Assembly: GCF_036321535.1 (NCBI RefSeq) | Contig: NC_087447.1 | Coordinates: forward strand, 35,404,001 to 35,468,000 | Source of the DNA: Camelus dromedarius | Taxonomy: Eukaryota | Direction: 5' to 3' | DNA length: 64,000 bases | In this document: positions 26,751-38,999 of the stretch, in pieces | Position numbering within the stretch: the first letter of the stretch is position 1 | How the letters are laid out: every line of letters begins with the position of its first letter | Notes under the pieces: generated by a model | What the model saw: only the letters and a program-made list of their open reading frames with translations | Databases searched by the model: none | What the model was told of the DNA's origin: nothing | Position numbers and translations under genes: made by a program

Positions 26751-26906
26751 ATGAAGGGGACCTTTTTGTTTGTGGCCTGAACAAAGATGGGCAACTGGGG
26801 CTCGGTCACACAGAGGATGTCCTGTATTTTACCCCCTGCAAATCCCTCCTTGGCTGTCCTGTCCAGCAGGTGGCCTGTGGCTGGGATTTTACCATTATAC
26901 TTACAG
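26751..26906 (+). CDS. SERGEF: SERGEF exon 3 (156 nt), RCC1 repeat
   Basis: ttttacag|AT; DEGDLFVCGLNKDGQLGLGHTEDVLYFTPCKSLLGCPVQQVACGWDFTIILT; donor G|gtgagt. Confidence 0.96.
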
Positions 26907-27086
26907 GTGAGTTCACTCCTAGGTAAATCTTTATCGTTGAAAAGACTTTGGGTGAGAAGAGCTTGATGGTGGGGGCATTGATTAAATGAAATCCTCTTTG
27001 TGTTTAAAAACACAGATGTTCTCTCTGGTTGTCATGGGAAGTTGCAGGGTGCATTTTGCAAGGAGAGATTTAACAGTAAAAGAGCC

Positions 27087-27471
27087 GGGGAGGATATAGC
27101 TCAGTGGTAGGGACTGTGCCTAGCACGCACAAAGTCCTGGGTTCAATGCCCAGGACCTCCATCAAAAAGTAAATAAATAGGGGGGTGGGAAGTGACAGAC
27201 TGGGATTTCAAAATGTAGAATAGATAAACAAGATTATACTGTATAGCACAGGGAAATATATACAAGATCTTATGGTAACTCACAACAAAAAAATATGTGA
27301 CGATGAATATATATATGTTCATGTATAACTGAAAAGTTGTGCTCTACACTGGAATTTGACACAACATTGTAAAATGACTATAACTCAATAAAAAAAGTTA
27401 AAAAAAAGTAAATAAATAAATAAACCTAATTACCTCCCCCCCTAAATTAAAACAATAGCAACAACAACAAC
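27087..27471 (+). mobile_element. Vic-1-like SINE interrupted by a nested L1 fragment
   Basis: ggggaggatatagctcagtggtag..cctgggttcaat..; tail aaacctaattacctcccccc resumes at about 27419; TSD cagtaaaagagcc (27074-27086) / cagtaaaggagac (27472-27484). Confidence 0.85.
27180..27402 (+). mobile_element. L1 3' end nested in the SINE
   Basis: ctgtatagcacaggga..acaacattgtaaa..actataactcaataaaa; perfect 16-bp TSD AAAAAGTAAATAAATA at 27164-27179 and 27403-27418. Confidence 0.85.
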
Positions 27472-29033
27472 CAGTAAAGGAGACTGGGCTGGAAAGCTTT
27501 TGCCAGAGACTGAGGAATGGACTAGATCACTTTCGGTGGCCACTTGCCGTCCCAGAAGTTCCTGATAGATAGCTGTGTGCCTGGGCAGAATGGCTGGTAG
27601 GGCTGGATAAGGGTTCCTCATGGGGGAACATGGTGAGAATGTATGAGGAAATCAGAAGTTGCCATTACAGTAATGGCAGCTTTTCTCAATGAGAGATTTT
27701 TTTTTTCTTTTAGAGTAAATATGGTTGGGCAGAACTGTCTAGGCTCTGTGAAGCCAGATAGCATTTAGGGTGCACAGGGATGTGGGCAGCGGGTTAATAG
27801 GATAATCCTCTTGGAAACAGCTGACTTTTCCCTGGAAGCTGTTTTGACTTCTCTCTTCAGCTTTGCTTGGTCTAGCTTGCCATTCTGGATTGAAAGGACT
27901 ATCTCTAGTTCTGACTAGCTGGTCTAGCTTGCCATTCTGGATTGGACTATCTCTAGTTCTCCCTCTTTGTCACAGTCCTCTGGCAAGGGCATCCTCTGAC
28001 CATGTCACCTGCCCTAAACCTTTGTGAATTCTCACGGACACAGCTCCTATCCTAAGCTTTTTAGCACACAGCCTTCAATTACTGTTCCCTACCCATCCCT
28101 GTTTTTGCTTTGTCTTTTATTCCACATTCCCCGTACTTTGCTTTCTAGTAGTACCGAACAGTATGTGTTGTTCTCTGCCTGGAGCAGACCCTCTTGTCTA
28201 GCTGATGAACTCTTATCCTGCCTTTAAAATCCTGCTCGGGTGTCACTGTATCCCTTCTGCTGAGGGGTTCCATCATGTGTGTTGAATTTGATACTAATTA
28301 TTAGAATCTGAACAATAGCTGTCGTGTATGAAGTACCTAGTGTGAGCCTGCATCGAGTTGTGGGGACTCAGTAGATAACGCTGTTTCCTGCCCACATTTG
28401 GGACTAACTGTGAGACAGGCACCGAATGGTCACATAGTTGGAGATCAAATTATCAGCTTTTTACTGATACAGGTTAAGCTGAAGGACATGGTTAATTGTC
28501 AGTCTAAGTGGTTCCGCTAACAATCCTCTGATCCCAACCTACCCCCAAATCTCTAGGGCTCCCCACCAGGGGAAACCCTTACTGTGTGTCAGCCCAGAGT
28601 GCCTGAGAGGAAGATGCCAAGCTATACGTGTCCTGTTCCTTTTCCCAAATTCACTAATCGGTTGGGTGACCCCTCTTCCTCTAGAAAGCAGTGAGAATGG
28701 GGAAGGACAGGGAGAATGGCCTGGAGTACCAGACTAATGGAAATCCCATCCCATGGAAATATGAAAAGTGGGGGATAAGTATCTTCCCATCACAACACCA
28801 GGCACTGGGCTAAGTGCTCTACACAGCTAATCTGTCATTAGTTAGGTAGTGTAGTGGGCAGTGTGTGTAGAATGCTCAGCCCAGTGCCCAGGGCTTTTAT
28901 CCCTAGAGGAATAGAAGCAGGGACTATGGATTGAATGTGCTGAAGCACAGGACCCTACTCGCTCCTCTCATTCCCTTTGCTCTTCTCATCCTTCAGCATT
29001 TACCCATTGGTTGCACATGTCTTACTTCTTAGA

Positions 29034-29567
29034 TTTTTTTTTTTAATTGAAGTACAGTCAGTTACAATGTGTCAACTTCCGGTGTACAGCACAATGTCCC
29101 AGTCATGCATATACATACATATATTCGTTTTTATATTCTTTTTCAGTAAAGGTATTACATGATATTGAATATAGTTCCCAGTGCTACACAGAAGAAATTT
29201 GTTTTTTATCTATTTTTATATATAGTGGTTAACCTTTGCAAATCCCAAACTCCCAAATTTATCCCTTCCCACCCCCTTTCCCCTGGTAACCATAAAATTG
29301 TTTACTATGTCTGCGAGTCTGTTTCTGTTTTGTGGATGCGTTCATTAGTGTCCTCTTTCTTCTTTTTCTTTTAGATTCCACATATGAATGATATTATTTG
29401 GTATTTTTTCTTTCTCTTTCTGGCTTACTTCACTTAGAATGATGATCTCCAAGTCCATCCATGTTGCTGCAAATGGCATTATTTTATTCTTTTTTTTTTT
29501 ATCACTGAGTAGTATTTCATTATATAAATATACCACAACTTCTTTATCCAGTCATCTGTGGATGGGC
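29034..29567 (-). mobile_element. L1 3' fragment (about 530 bp), antisense, just upstream of SERGEF exon 4
   Basis: poly-T, ttgaagtacagtcag..ttagattccacatatga..acttcacttagaatga..tccatccatgttgctgcaaatggc; TSD acttcttaga (29024-29033) / acttcctaga (29568-29577). Confidence 0.85.
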
Positions 29568-29606
29568 ACTTCCTAGACTTGTGATTCAAGCATTTGTATT
29601 TTGCAG

Positions 29607-29701
29607 AAAATGGTCAAGTTCTGTCATGTGGATCCAACTCCTTTGGCCAATTAGGAGTTCCTCACGGGCCTCGGAGGTGTGTGTTTCCCCAGGCCGTTGA
29701 G
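29607..29701 (+). CDS. SERGEF: SERGEF exon 4 (95 nt)
   Basis: ttttgcag|AA; ENGQVLSCGSNSFGQLGVPHGPRRCVFPQAVE; donor GAG|gtaagg. Confidence 0.95.
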
Positions 29702-30100
29702 GTAAGGACAGCACCTAGTTTTGAGCTTGCCTGTGTCCTGTTAAAGGATCTCCAAGGGGTCAGTCACAGTTACCCCTCCCTGGGCTATAAGACTGACTGG
29801 GCCCCTGAAAACGCATGAAGTAGTTAGAATTTATGTTGAAAAACTCAGGTTCTCCTGGGAAAAATTAAGTAGGAGGGATGGATGTTGTAAGTGAAAAACC
29901 TGTTAGTTCTCATACACCTTGTAATTTTTTTTTCATGTTATAATTTTTTGTGGAATGAAGCAATAAAAGTAATATATCTTATAATGCCATGAATGACATT
30001 TTACAATTCTAAAATTAGTAATAGTGGGAACTGTTAGAAACAGGTCCAGTTGGAACTGACTTGCTTAAATTAAAACCACTAGCTAGGCAAAAGGCATAAG

Positions 30101-30772
30101 CCAGTGCTCTTCAGTGGAAACATAATGTGAGCCATGTGTGTGTTTTAAAATTTTTTCTCAGAGCACCATTTAAAAAACTTAAAGAAACAGATGAAATTTA
30201 TTTCTAAAAGAACAGCTTTATTGAGGTATAATTCATATAACATCAAATTTTACCCCTTAAGAATGTATAGTTCAGTGGGTTTTTAGTGTATTCCCAGAGA
30301 TGTGCAGTCCCCACCATCATTTAATTTTAGAAAATTTTCATCATCACGAAGGAAACTGCATACCTGATAGCAGTCAATTCCCATTTTCCCCTGCCACCAG
30401 CCCCTGGTGACTGCTAATCTGTCTCTATGCATTTGCCAATTCTGGGCATTCCTTATAAATGGAATCATACAGTATGTAGCCTTTTGTGTCTGACTTCTTT
30501 CACTTCATGTTTTCAAGTTTCATCCAGGTCATGATGTGTAGGTAAAACTAATTTTAATAACTTGTAAAGTAATGTATCCAAACTATTACCCTTTCATTTT
30601 ATATGTCATCAATGTAAACCTTTATTAATGAGATATTTTATATTCTTTATTTTATTCTAGGTCTTTTTCTGGTGTTTCTTTTTTTATTTCGAGTACATCT
30701 CAGTTCAGTCTAGTCACATTTCAAGTATTCAATATCTATGTGGAGTTAGAGGCTACCATATTAGATAGCACA
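30101..30772. mobile_element. MER33-like hAT-Charlie element split by an antisense L1M fragment (about 30205-30540); second MER33-like copy at about 44165-44448
   Basis: aacataatgtgagcca..aaagaaacagatgaaatt | aattttaataa..ctagtcacatttcaagt..ggctaccatattagatagcaca. Confidence 0.65.
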
Positions 30773-31065
30773 AGTGTTAGGTAGAACTCCTGGTTTTAGT
30801 TCAGAGCTCTTTTTGCTGTATCAGGCTTAAAATGTACACATTTATGTGAAGATGATATTGTAAGCGAATTTTTAGAGAGATTATGCTGGAATCTAAAATG
30901 AGTTTCACCACCTAAGCTGCTCTGCTTGTATCTAATTTCCTTAAACTGTGAGTAACAGTGGGGGAGATCTGTTTTCACTGCAAAGAGCTTGGCTCTGCTC
31001 CTGTCTTCTTGCTGAATTCTGGTTGCTGGTATTGTGGGATATTATTTGGGGTCATGGTTTCCATT

Positions 31066-31427
31066 GTGTTTTAGTCCCATTGGGCTGTTCTAACAAAAAT
31101 ACCATATACTGGGTGGCTTAAACAACAAACATTTATTTTTCACAGCTCCAGAGGCTAGAAAGTCCAAAATCAAGGCACTGGCAAATTTGGCATTTAGTGA
31201 GAGCTCAGTTTATGGTTCATGGACAATTGTCTTTTTGATGAGTCTTTAAATATCAGAAGGGACAAAAGTGTTCTCTGGGGTGTCATTTATAAGGGCATTA
31301 ATCCCATTTATAAGGGCCTTGTTTTCATGGCCTAATCACCTTCCAGGGGCCCCACTTTAAAATACTATCATGTTGGGATTAGGTCTCAACATATGAATTT
31401 GAGGAGAACACATTCAGTCTATCAGAC
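31066..31427 (-). mobile_element. MaLR solo LTR (MLT1A-like)
   Basis: ttagtccc..gggctg..taacaaaaatacca..actgggtggcttaaacaacaaacatttatt..gaagtccaa..caacatatgaatttg..acacattcag. Confidence 0.75.
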
Positions 31428-32717
31428 ATGGTGTACATGGAAATCTAGATTCTGTAGTCCCTGTTGTGGGGAGTGTTAAAGCTTCCAGTTACAAATAGAT
31501 GGCTTTTTAAGAACCTACATTTAAGTTATAATTAATTTAGCTTAAGTCACATGATTAATGACAGAGGAACAACAGTTAAAATATGTTGGATGACAGAATC
31601 AGAAGGTTGTATCCTATAGAACAATAGAAGGCTGTGTTTTGACAGGCTGTATCCTATAGAACAATGGGAAGAATGTGCCAAGGTGAAATATAATATAAAT
31701 GCATTCATTTATTTAATAGCAACTATTGGGTATAAGTTGTTTAGTCAGGGGGAACAAAGGTAAGTAAGACCCAGTCCTAGCATTTGAGGGCTTTGTAGTT
31801 TACTAACACATGTTAGAGACAGAAACACCTACATGCATTACCATGTTAGAACTGTGATAGCTGCATGGATAGCCCCAAAGCAGGGAGTACTGAATTCTTT
31901 TTAGGGGAAGGTAGGGTGAGAACAGACTTACGCTGAATCTTCAAAGTTGCGTAGATATTTACCAGGTTTGGGGTCGGAGGATGTGCAATGTAGGTACAAA
32001 AGAAGCCCATTACAAACGGAAGGAACTAAGTAAGCTAAAGTATAGAAGCATGAAACAGAAGGTTTGGGATACTGCAAGCAGTTTAGTATGATTGGAATAT
32101 AAGGAAGTGGTTGAGGTGCCATTGGGGGTTGGGCAGGCAGGGGGGGTTGGGCAGACGATAAGTTCAGTGTGTTAGGGAGGGGCCAGGTGGGGTAGCGTGG
32201 AGGATGGACTGAAGGAAGGTTACTCAGGAAGCTGTTGCTAATAATCCAGATAAGAGACGATCCTGCCCCAAACTAAAGCAGCTGCAGTGGAGACGGAGAG
32301 GAAGGAAAGGAAGCAAGTTGTGTTGAGAGACTGAGTCCACATGTAAAGCCCTTCAGTTAGTTTTGAAAAGAAAAAAAGTATTAAAAGAAAAAATTTGAAG
32401 GGTAGTATATTCAAATCGTATTAGCAGTAAGATTTGATCTTCCTGAAAGCTAATGTGATTGTGGGCTGAAATAATAGGAAGATGGTCTCCAGAAGAAGGG
32501 AGGCCAGCGCTCTGTCCTTCTTAGTGCTGGTCACACTGCGTCTGGGATGTTGTGTCCTGGTGTGGGTTTGGTTCTTAGGCCCTGGACACTAAGGTAAATA
32601 AGACTCACACTCTGCCCTTGAGGACTCTAAAGTTTAGAAACACACTGTGGACCTGTAAATAAACAAATGTGGTAAAGTCCCATAGGAGCTGAGATTGATG
32701 TGTATATAGTCCCTTTA

Positions 32718-32883
32718 TTATTTATTTAAAAAAAAGGTTTTTTTGGTGGGGGAGGTAATTAGGTTTGTTTATTTATTTATGTATCTATATATTTATTTAT
32801 TTATTAATGGAAGTACTGGGGATTGAGCCCAGGACCTCCTGTATGCTAAGCATGCCCTCTACCACCGACCTATAACCTCCCCT
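32718..32883 (-). mobile_element. Vic-1-like SINE, antisense
   Basis: ggggaggtaattaggtt..gtactggggattgagcccaggacctc..ctctaccaccgacctata; perfect 13-bp TSD TATAGTCCCTTTA at 32705-32717 and 32884-32896. Confidence 0.85.
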
Positions 32884-33009
32884 TATAGTCCCTTTAAAAG
32901 AGAGAGACTGAGTAACCAGAGCAGAGAGGAGAGAAACCAAGAGGAGGAGGAAATTTGAAACCAGGCAATGGCAGATGAAACTGGGAATGTTTGGCCTAAA
33001 GAAGAAATA

Positions 33010-33317
33010 TGTATTAGTTATCTACTGCTGTGTAATACATTACCCTAAAATTTAGCATCTGGGATGTTGCAGCTTAAAACAATAGACATTTATTATCTCA
33101 CGATTTTGAAGGGTCAGGAATCTGGGAACATCTTAGCTGGTCTCCCATGAGGCTGCAGTTAAGATGTCGGCTGCGGCTACGTGAGGTCTGCTGGAGGCTC
33201 AGCTGAGCTGAAGGCTCCACTTCCATGCTCTCTCACGAGCAGAGGTTTCAGTTCCTTGCCATATGGGCCTCTCAGTAGGACTGTTCAGACGTGGCATCTG
33301 GCTTCTCCCAAGAGTGA

Positions 33318-33357
<40 letters not shown>

Positions 33358-33970
33358 GTGCAGGCTGGTCAAGCATGAAGCTTCAGTGCCTTTTATCACC
33401 TAGTCTCTGAGCCACTCATCAATTTGTTATCCTATTAGAAACAAGTCACTAAGTTCAGCCCACAGTCAAAGGGAGGGGAATTAAGTTGCACACCTCAAAG
33501 GGAGGAGTCTTAAAGAATTTGGGGATATATTTTTAAAAAAATTTTTCTATTTAAGTGTAGTTGATTTACAATGTTAGTTTCAGGTATACAGCAAAGTGAT
33601 TCAGTTATACATATACATACATAGATACACACACCCACATATATTTTCAGATTCTTTTGCATTATAGCTTATTATAAGAAATTGAATGTAGTTCCCTGTG
33701 CTATACAGTAGCTCCTTATTGTTTATCCATTTTATGTATGTGTCTGTTAATCCCAAACTCCTAATTTATCTCTCCCCCCGATTTCCCTTTTGGTAACCAT
33801 AGTTTGTTTTCTATGTCCGTGAGTCTATTTCTGGTTTGTAAATAAAATTTGGGTCTTTTTCTAGATTCCACGTATAAGTGATATCATGTGATATTTGTCT
33901 TTCTCTGTCTGACTTACTTCACTTAATATGATAATCTCTAGGTTGGGGACCTATTTTTAAAACCACCACA
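33010..33970 (-). mobile_element. MaLR LTR (MLT1-type) containing a nested antisense L1 3' end (33539-33942)
   Basis: tgtattagttatcta..ttaaaacaatagacatttattatctca..aaaccaccaca; L1 flanked by ttggggatatatttttaaaa (33519-33538) / ttggggacctatttttaaaa (33943-33962). Confidence 0.75.
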
Positions 33971-34209
33971 AGATGTCTTAGTGAGGACGTGACAACTGTC
34001 TTAAAATATTTGGAAAGCCTTGTCAGAAGCAATAGGCAGATAGGTTTGGTTTCAGCTGAGGAGATGGGTGGAATCATGGAAAGATGAGCAGGCACCTGGG
34101 GAGGTGATGAGCCTGTGTCACTGGGAGTAGGTATTTGGCAGGGGTTGGATGACCACTTGGTAGGGTGTTGTAGAGGGGTTTCTAGCATTGGATGGGGACT
34201 GGACTAGAT

Positions 34210-34402
34210 CAGAGGTCAGCAAACTGACCCTTGGTGAATAAAGTTTTATTGGAACACAGCCACACCCATTCATTTATTTATTGTGTCTGGCTGCTTTTAT
34301 GTTACAATGGCAGAGTAAAGTAGTGTGACAGAAACCACGTGGCCTGCAAAGTCTAAAATATTTACTATCCGGCCCTTTACAGAAAACATTTGCCAACTAC
34401 TG
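34210..34402. mobile_element. MER58A-like hAT-Charlie MITE
   Basis: cagaggtcagcaaact..aataaagttttattggaacacagccac..atatttactatccggccctttacagaaaa..tttgccaac. Confidence 0.75.
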
Positions 34403-34644
34403 GACTGGATGATCTTGCCGGTGCCTCTCAGCCCTGAGAAGTGTTGTGATATGGTATTTTTAAAAGATTTTTTCTTTTAGGTTTACATATAGAGGCATTT
34501 ATGAGTGGAAATGTTGGGGATTGGGAGCTCCAAACCAGGCAGACATATAGTGAGGGCCATGCTGCATTGTATTTGGGCATAAATTACATAAAATTTTGTA
34601 GATGGCTAATCCTGAGATCCCCATCCTTTTCTTTGTTTTGACAG

Positions 34645-34705
34645 CTCCTGAGAGAGATGGTTGTTAGTATTGCTGCTGGACTGAGGCATGCGTTAGCTGC
34701 AACAG
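34645..34705 (+). CDS. SERGEF: SERGEF exon 5 (61 nt)
   Basis: ttttgacag|CTC; LLREMVVSIAAGLRHALAAT (RCC1 IAAGxxH motif); donor G|gtgatc; read manually. Confidence 0.92.
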
Positions 34706-36066
34706 GTGATCATTTTGCTTTTATTTTCTTAATAGGCATATAATAAGTAGACATGGAGCTTTGGAAGAAATAAACTCTACGGAGTAATCCAGGGTGTCCT
34801 GCTGTGCTGCAGTGCTGATTGAAAGGAGGGGATGTAGGCAGAGGTAGTGGGAAAGCTTTTAGCAGGTGGAGAGGAAGGAAATTAAATTGTCTAGCTCTTT
34901 ATTATGTTCTAGGCAAGGTGCTAGGGTCTCTTGATTTAACTAATACCTCATTTAATCCTCATAGCCACACAGTGATGCCAGTTAAGTTTTTTAGAAATTG
35001 AAATATAGTTGATTTACAATATTACTGAGTTTCAGGTGTACAAGATAGTGATTCACAATTTTTAAAGACGATACTCCATTTATAGTTATTATACAATGTT
35101 GGCCGTATTCTCTGTACAGTATATCCTTGTAGCTTATTTATTTTATACATAGTAGTTTTTACCCCTTACATATGAAGAAACTGAGGTCCAGAGAGGCTAC
35201 AGCGTTTGTCTGAGGTTACACAGGGAGTAAAGCAGTAAAAGGTAGAGCTGGGATCAGAGTCCAGGATGAGTTGCGTTCCAAGGCCCACGTGCTTTGCCGT
35301 GAACTGTACTGCTTTTTTGGATTTTAATGTTTATCAATATAACAGCTTCAAGTGAGCTTGTCTCTGGGACCATGAGAGGGTGATGAGTATAGAGCTGACA
35401 GTGTGTGTGAGGTTGAGGGTGGAAAGTGGAGGAGGCAGTGTCGTGGAGGAGGGCAGTGACCCTTTTTCTCTCCCTTGCTCATTGTTCTGCTTTCTGCTCC
35501 CACTCCTTTGGGCTGGAGGATAGCCCTGACCGGCCATGGCAGCTGAGGCTCAAGTGTTGGTGAGTCCAGTCATGGAATGGGGAGAGGAACGGAGGTGAGG
35601 GAGAATGTGTCAGCCTGGTGCTTAGTACTGATTACACTTTTTAAAAAAATTAAACTTTTCATTTTGAAGTCATTGTAGATTCACATAAAGTTGTAAGAAA
35701 TGAAATAGATCTCACGCACTCTTTGTCCAGTTTCTTCCCACGGTAACATATTGTGAAACTATAGTGGAATAGCACAACCAGGGTGTCTTGATACAGTCAA
35801 GATTCAGATCAGTTCCATCACAAGGATCCCACTTACTGCTCTTTTATAGCCACACCCTCCTCTTAGCTCCTGGCAGCCACTCTTCTGTTCTCCAACAAGA
35901 ATGGTGTTATTCAAGAATGATGTGTAAGTGGTATCAGACAGTTAATAGCCTTTTGGGTTTGGCTTTTTTGCTCAGCATGATTCCCTAGAGATTCATCCAA
36001 GTTGTGAGTATCAATAATTTGTTCCTTTTTATAGCTAAGTAATATTCCATGATATAGATGAACCAC

Positions 36067-36464
36067 TGTATTAAGTTACCAGGGCTGCCATAACAAAATA
36101 CTGCAGATTGAGTGGCTTAAACAACAGGAATTTATTTTCTCATAGTTATGGAGGCTGGAAGTCCAAGATCAAGGTGCCATAAAGGTTGGTTTCTAGTGAG
36201 GCTTTTCTTCCTGGCTTTTAGATGCTGCCTTCTTGCTGTCTCTTCACATGGATTTTTCTCTATGCACAAGTGGAGAGAGAGAGAGAGATCTCTGGTGTCT
36301 CTTCCTCTTTTTAAAAGGACACCAGCTCTATCAGATTAAGGTGTCGCTCTTATGACCCATTTAACTTTTATCACTTCCTATAGGCCCTGTCTCCAAATAC
36401 AGTTACATTGGAGTTTAGGTCTTTGGTATATGAATTTATGGAGGACACAATTCAGTCTATAACA
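36067..36464 (-). mobile_element. MaLR solo LTR (MLT1A/B-like) nested in an old antisense L1M fragment (about 35640-36635)
   Basis: TG...CA termini with perfect 5-bp TSD ACCAC (36062-36066 / 36465-36469); MLT1 motifs. Confidence 0.82.
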
Positions 36465-37066
36465 ACCACACTTTGTTTAACCAGTCACCCGTTGAGGGAC
36501 ATTTGGTTGTTTCTGGTTTTTAGCTATTAAAAATGAAGCTATAAACATTTGTGGACAAGCTTTTATGAGAACATAAATTTTCACGTCTCCAGGATAAATG
36601 CCCAGGAGCATGATTACCGAGTTGTATGGTAGTGATTATACTTTTATAAGCAGCTCCTCTTAGAAATGAGCAGAGCCAGAGAATTGCCTATCATTGGTTT
36701 ACTTGCCCCTTTCCCACCAACATCCTGTGATTGCTAGTCTTATGTGTACATTTTTGTCCACTTACAAAGCAGCACATTTTCCATTACGTGTTTGATTAAT
36801 TTAATTGTAAGTCCTCCCTCCCCTCATTTCATGTGTAAAAATTTCTGCCTGCATCTCTGAAAGATGAGGACTCTTTGTGAAAACATTACCAAAAATAGCA
36901 TCATCATACCTACAAAAAATTAATAGTAATTCTGTAATTTGATCAAATATCCAGCAGGGTTTAAATTTCCCTGATTGTCTCAAAATTTTTTTTTTACAGT
37001 TTGTTTGAATCCAGATCTGAATTAGGTCTACACATTGCAATTGATTGATAGGTATCTCAAGTCTCT

Positions 37067-38049
37067 CTCTTTTAAAATATTTTTTTGTTCCTTTTAGGTT
37101 TTTTTTGAGATAAAATACACATAACAAAATTTATCACCTTAATCATTTTTAAGTGTACGGTTGTATGGGATTAAGTACATTCACATTATTATGCAACTAT
37201 TACCACAATCCATTTCCAGAACATTTTTCGTCTTGCAAAACTGAAACTCTATATCCATTAAACAATAACCCCCCATTCCCCATTCTCCCCAGCCCCTGGC
37301 AACCGCCGTTCTACCTTCTGTCTCCATGATTTTGACCACTCGTACAAGTACCTCATATAAGTGGAATTATACAGTCTTTGTCTTTTTGTGTCTTATTTCA
37401 CTTCACGTAACATTCTCAAGGTGTATTCATGTTGTAGCAAATGTCAGAATTTCCTTCCTTTTTAAGACTAATAATAAGACCTATTAATATTCCACTGTAT
37501 GTGTGTACCACATTTTGCTTACCTGTTCATCTGTTGATGGATACTTGGGTTGTGTCCAAATTTTAGCTATTGTGAATAATACTGCTATGAATATGAGTGT
37601 ACAAATATCACTTAGAGATCTTGCTTTCAATTCTTTAGGATATATACCCAGAAGTAGAATTGTTGGATCATATAGTGACTCTATTTTTAATTTTGGGGGG
37701 AATCACCATACTGTTTTCCTTAATGGCTATACCATTTACGTTCCCACCAGTAATGAACAAGGTTTCCAGATTTCTTCACATCCTTGCCATCCTTGCCATG
37801 TTCTTCTTTTTTTTTTTAATAGTAGCCACCCTAATGAGTGTAAAGCAGTGTCTCATTGTAGTTTTGATTTATATTTCCCTAATGATTAGTGATGTTGAGT
37901 ATCTTTTCATGTGCTTCTTGGCCAATTGTGTATTTTCTTTGGAGAAAAGTCTATTCAAGTCCTTTGCTCATTTTTGAATCAGGTTTTTGTTATTGTTGTT
38001 GAGTTTTAGGAGTTCACTATATATTCTAAATATCAATCCTTTATCAGAC
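37067..38049 (-). mobile_element. L1MA-like 3' fragment (about 1 kb), antisense
   Basis: cccagcccctggcaacc..ggatatatacccagaagt..tttccctaatgattagtgatgttgag..tcctttgctcatttt; TSD ATCTCAAGTCTCT at 37054-37066 and 38050-38062; accounts for ORFs 37503-37889 and 37660-37977. Confidence 0.85.
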
Positions 38050-38999
38050 ATCTCAAGTCTCTTTGAATTTGTGTGTTCTCTTTCCTCTCTTTTTTTTAAT
38101 TCTCTTGCAATTTATTTGATGAAGAGATGATAAGTTTTGTGTTATTTTGACACTGTGTTTTCCTCACATTGTGCTCAGACCTCATCACTTACATCTCACA
38201 AAGCAGGCTTGTGTGTTTGCAGCCTAAAGGACCATTGGTCATGGGATACTTCTGGAGGAGCAGTACCTTGATGTTGCTGTTGGGTCATGGGTCCTAGTTA
38301 CAGACATCTGACTGTAGACCAGATACAGAATTTCATCTACCCATCTGTATGAGGTTCAGAATATGGGTTCATTCAGTGGATGTGGAAATAAAAGGCTATT
38401 CCAGTGCAGCAGTGGCTATTAAGAAGCTATCTTGCAGTCATAAATATGTGTTTATTTGGCAATTAGGAATCTTTGAATTCATCTTTCTGTAGGAGAAAAG
38501 GTACTTCATTAGGTGCAGGAGAGTTGAATCCTGGTGTTTTCTCTGCTACTAGCTCCCTGTGTGACCTTAGACAAATCACATCCTCTCTTCAGGGCCTCAA
38601 TTTTCTGAGCTAGTAAATGTGGGGAATGGATGTGATAAACTTTAAGGTTCTTTTCCGCTTGGTCTGGAGTCTGAGCTGTCCTTTCAGATTAGTCATGAAC
38701 AAGGTGTCATTCCAGTAATTTGACTCTGGTAGCGTGTCCTAGGACCTTCTGGAGGGAGCTTTACTATGCTGAATTTTCTTTGATGGTCTTCGATTGCCCT
38801 GAAGATTGGGCTTGGGATTGGCTTGGTGGTAATCCTGATGACCAGCCACAGGGCCCCTAAAAGCATTAAGTTTTTCCATAATGCGCATGTTAGCTGAGCA
38901 TGAATTGGGACTCTCCCATGGCAGTGGGGTTCAAAGACAAATCTGATCTTAATCTGGATAAGCATTTTCTCTTTTTTTCTGTTCTGTTCCACTGGGAAG

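Noticed and set aside
37503..37977. 128-aa and 105-aa ORFs
   Set aside because: Antisense reading of an L1 3' fragment; typical repeat-derived pseudo-ORFs
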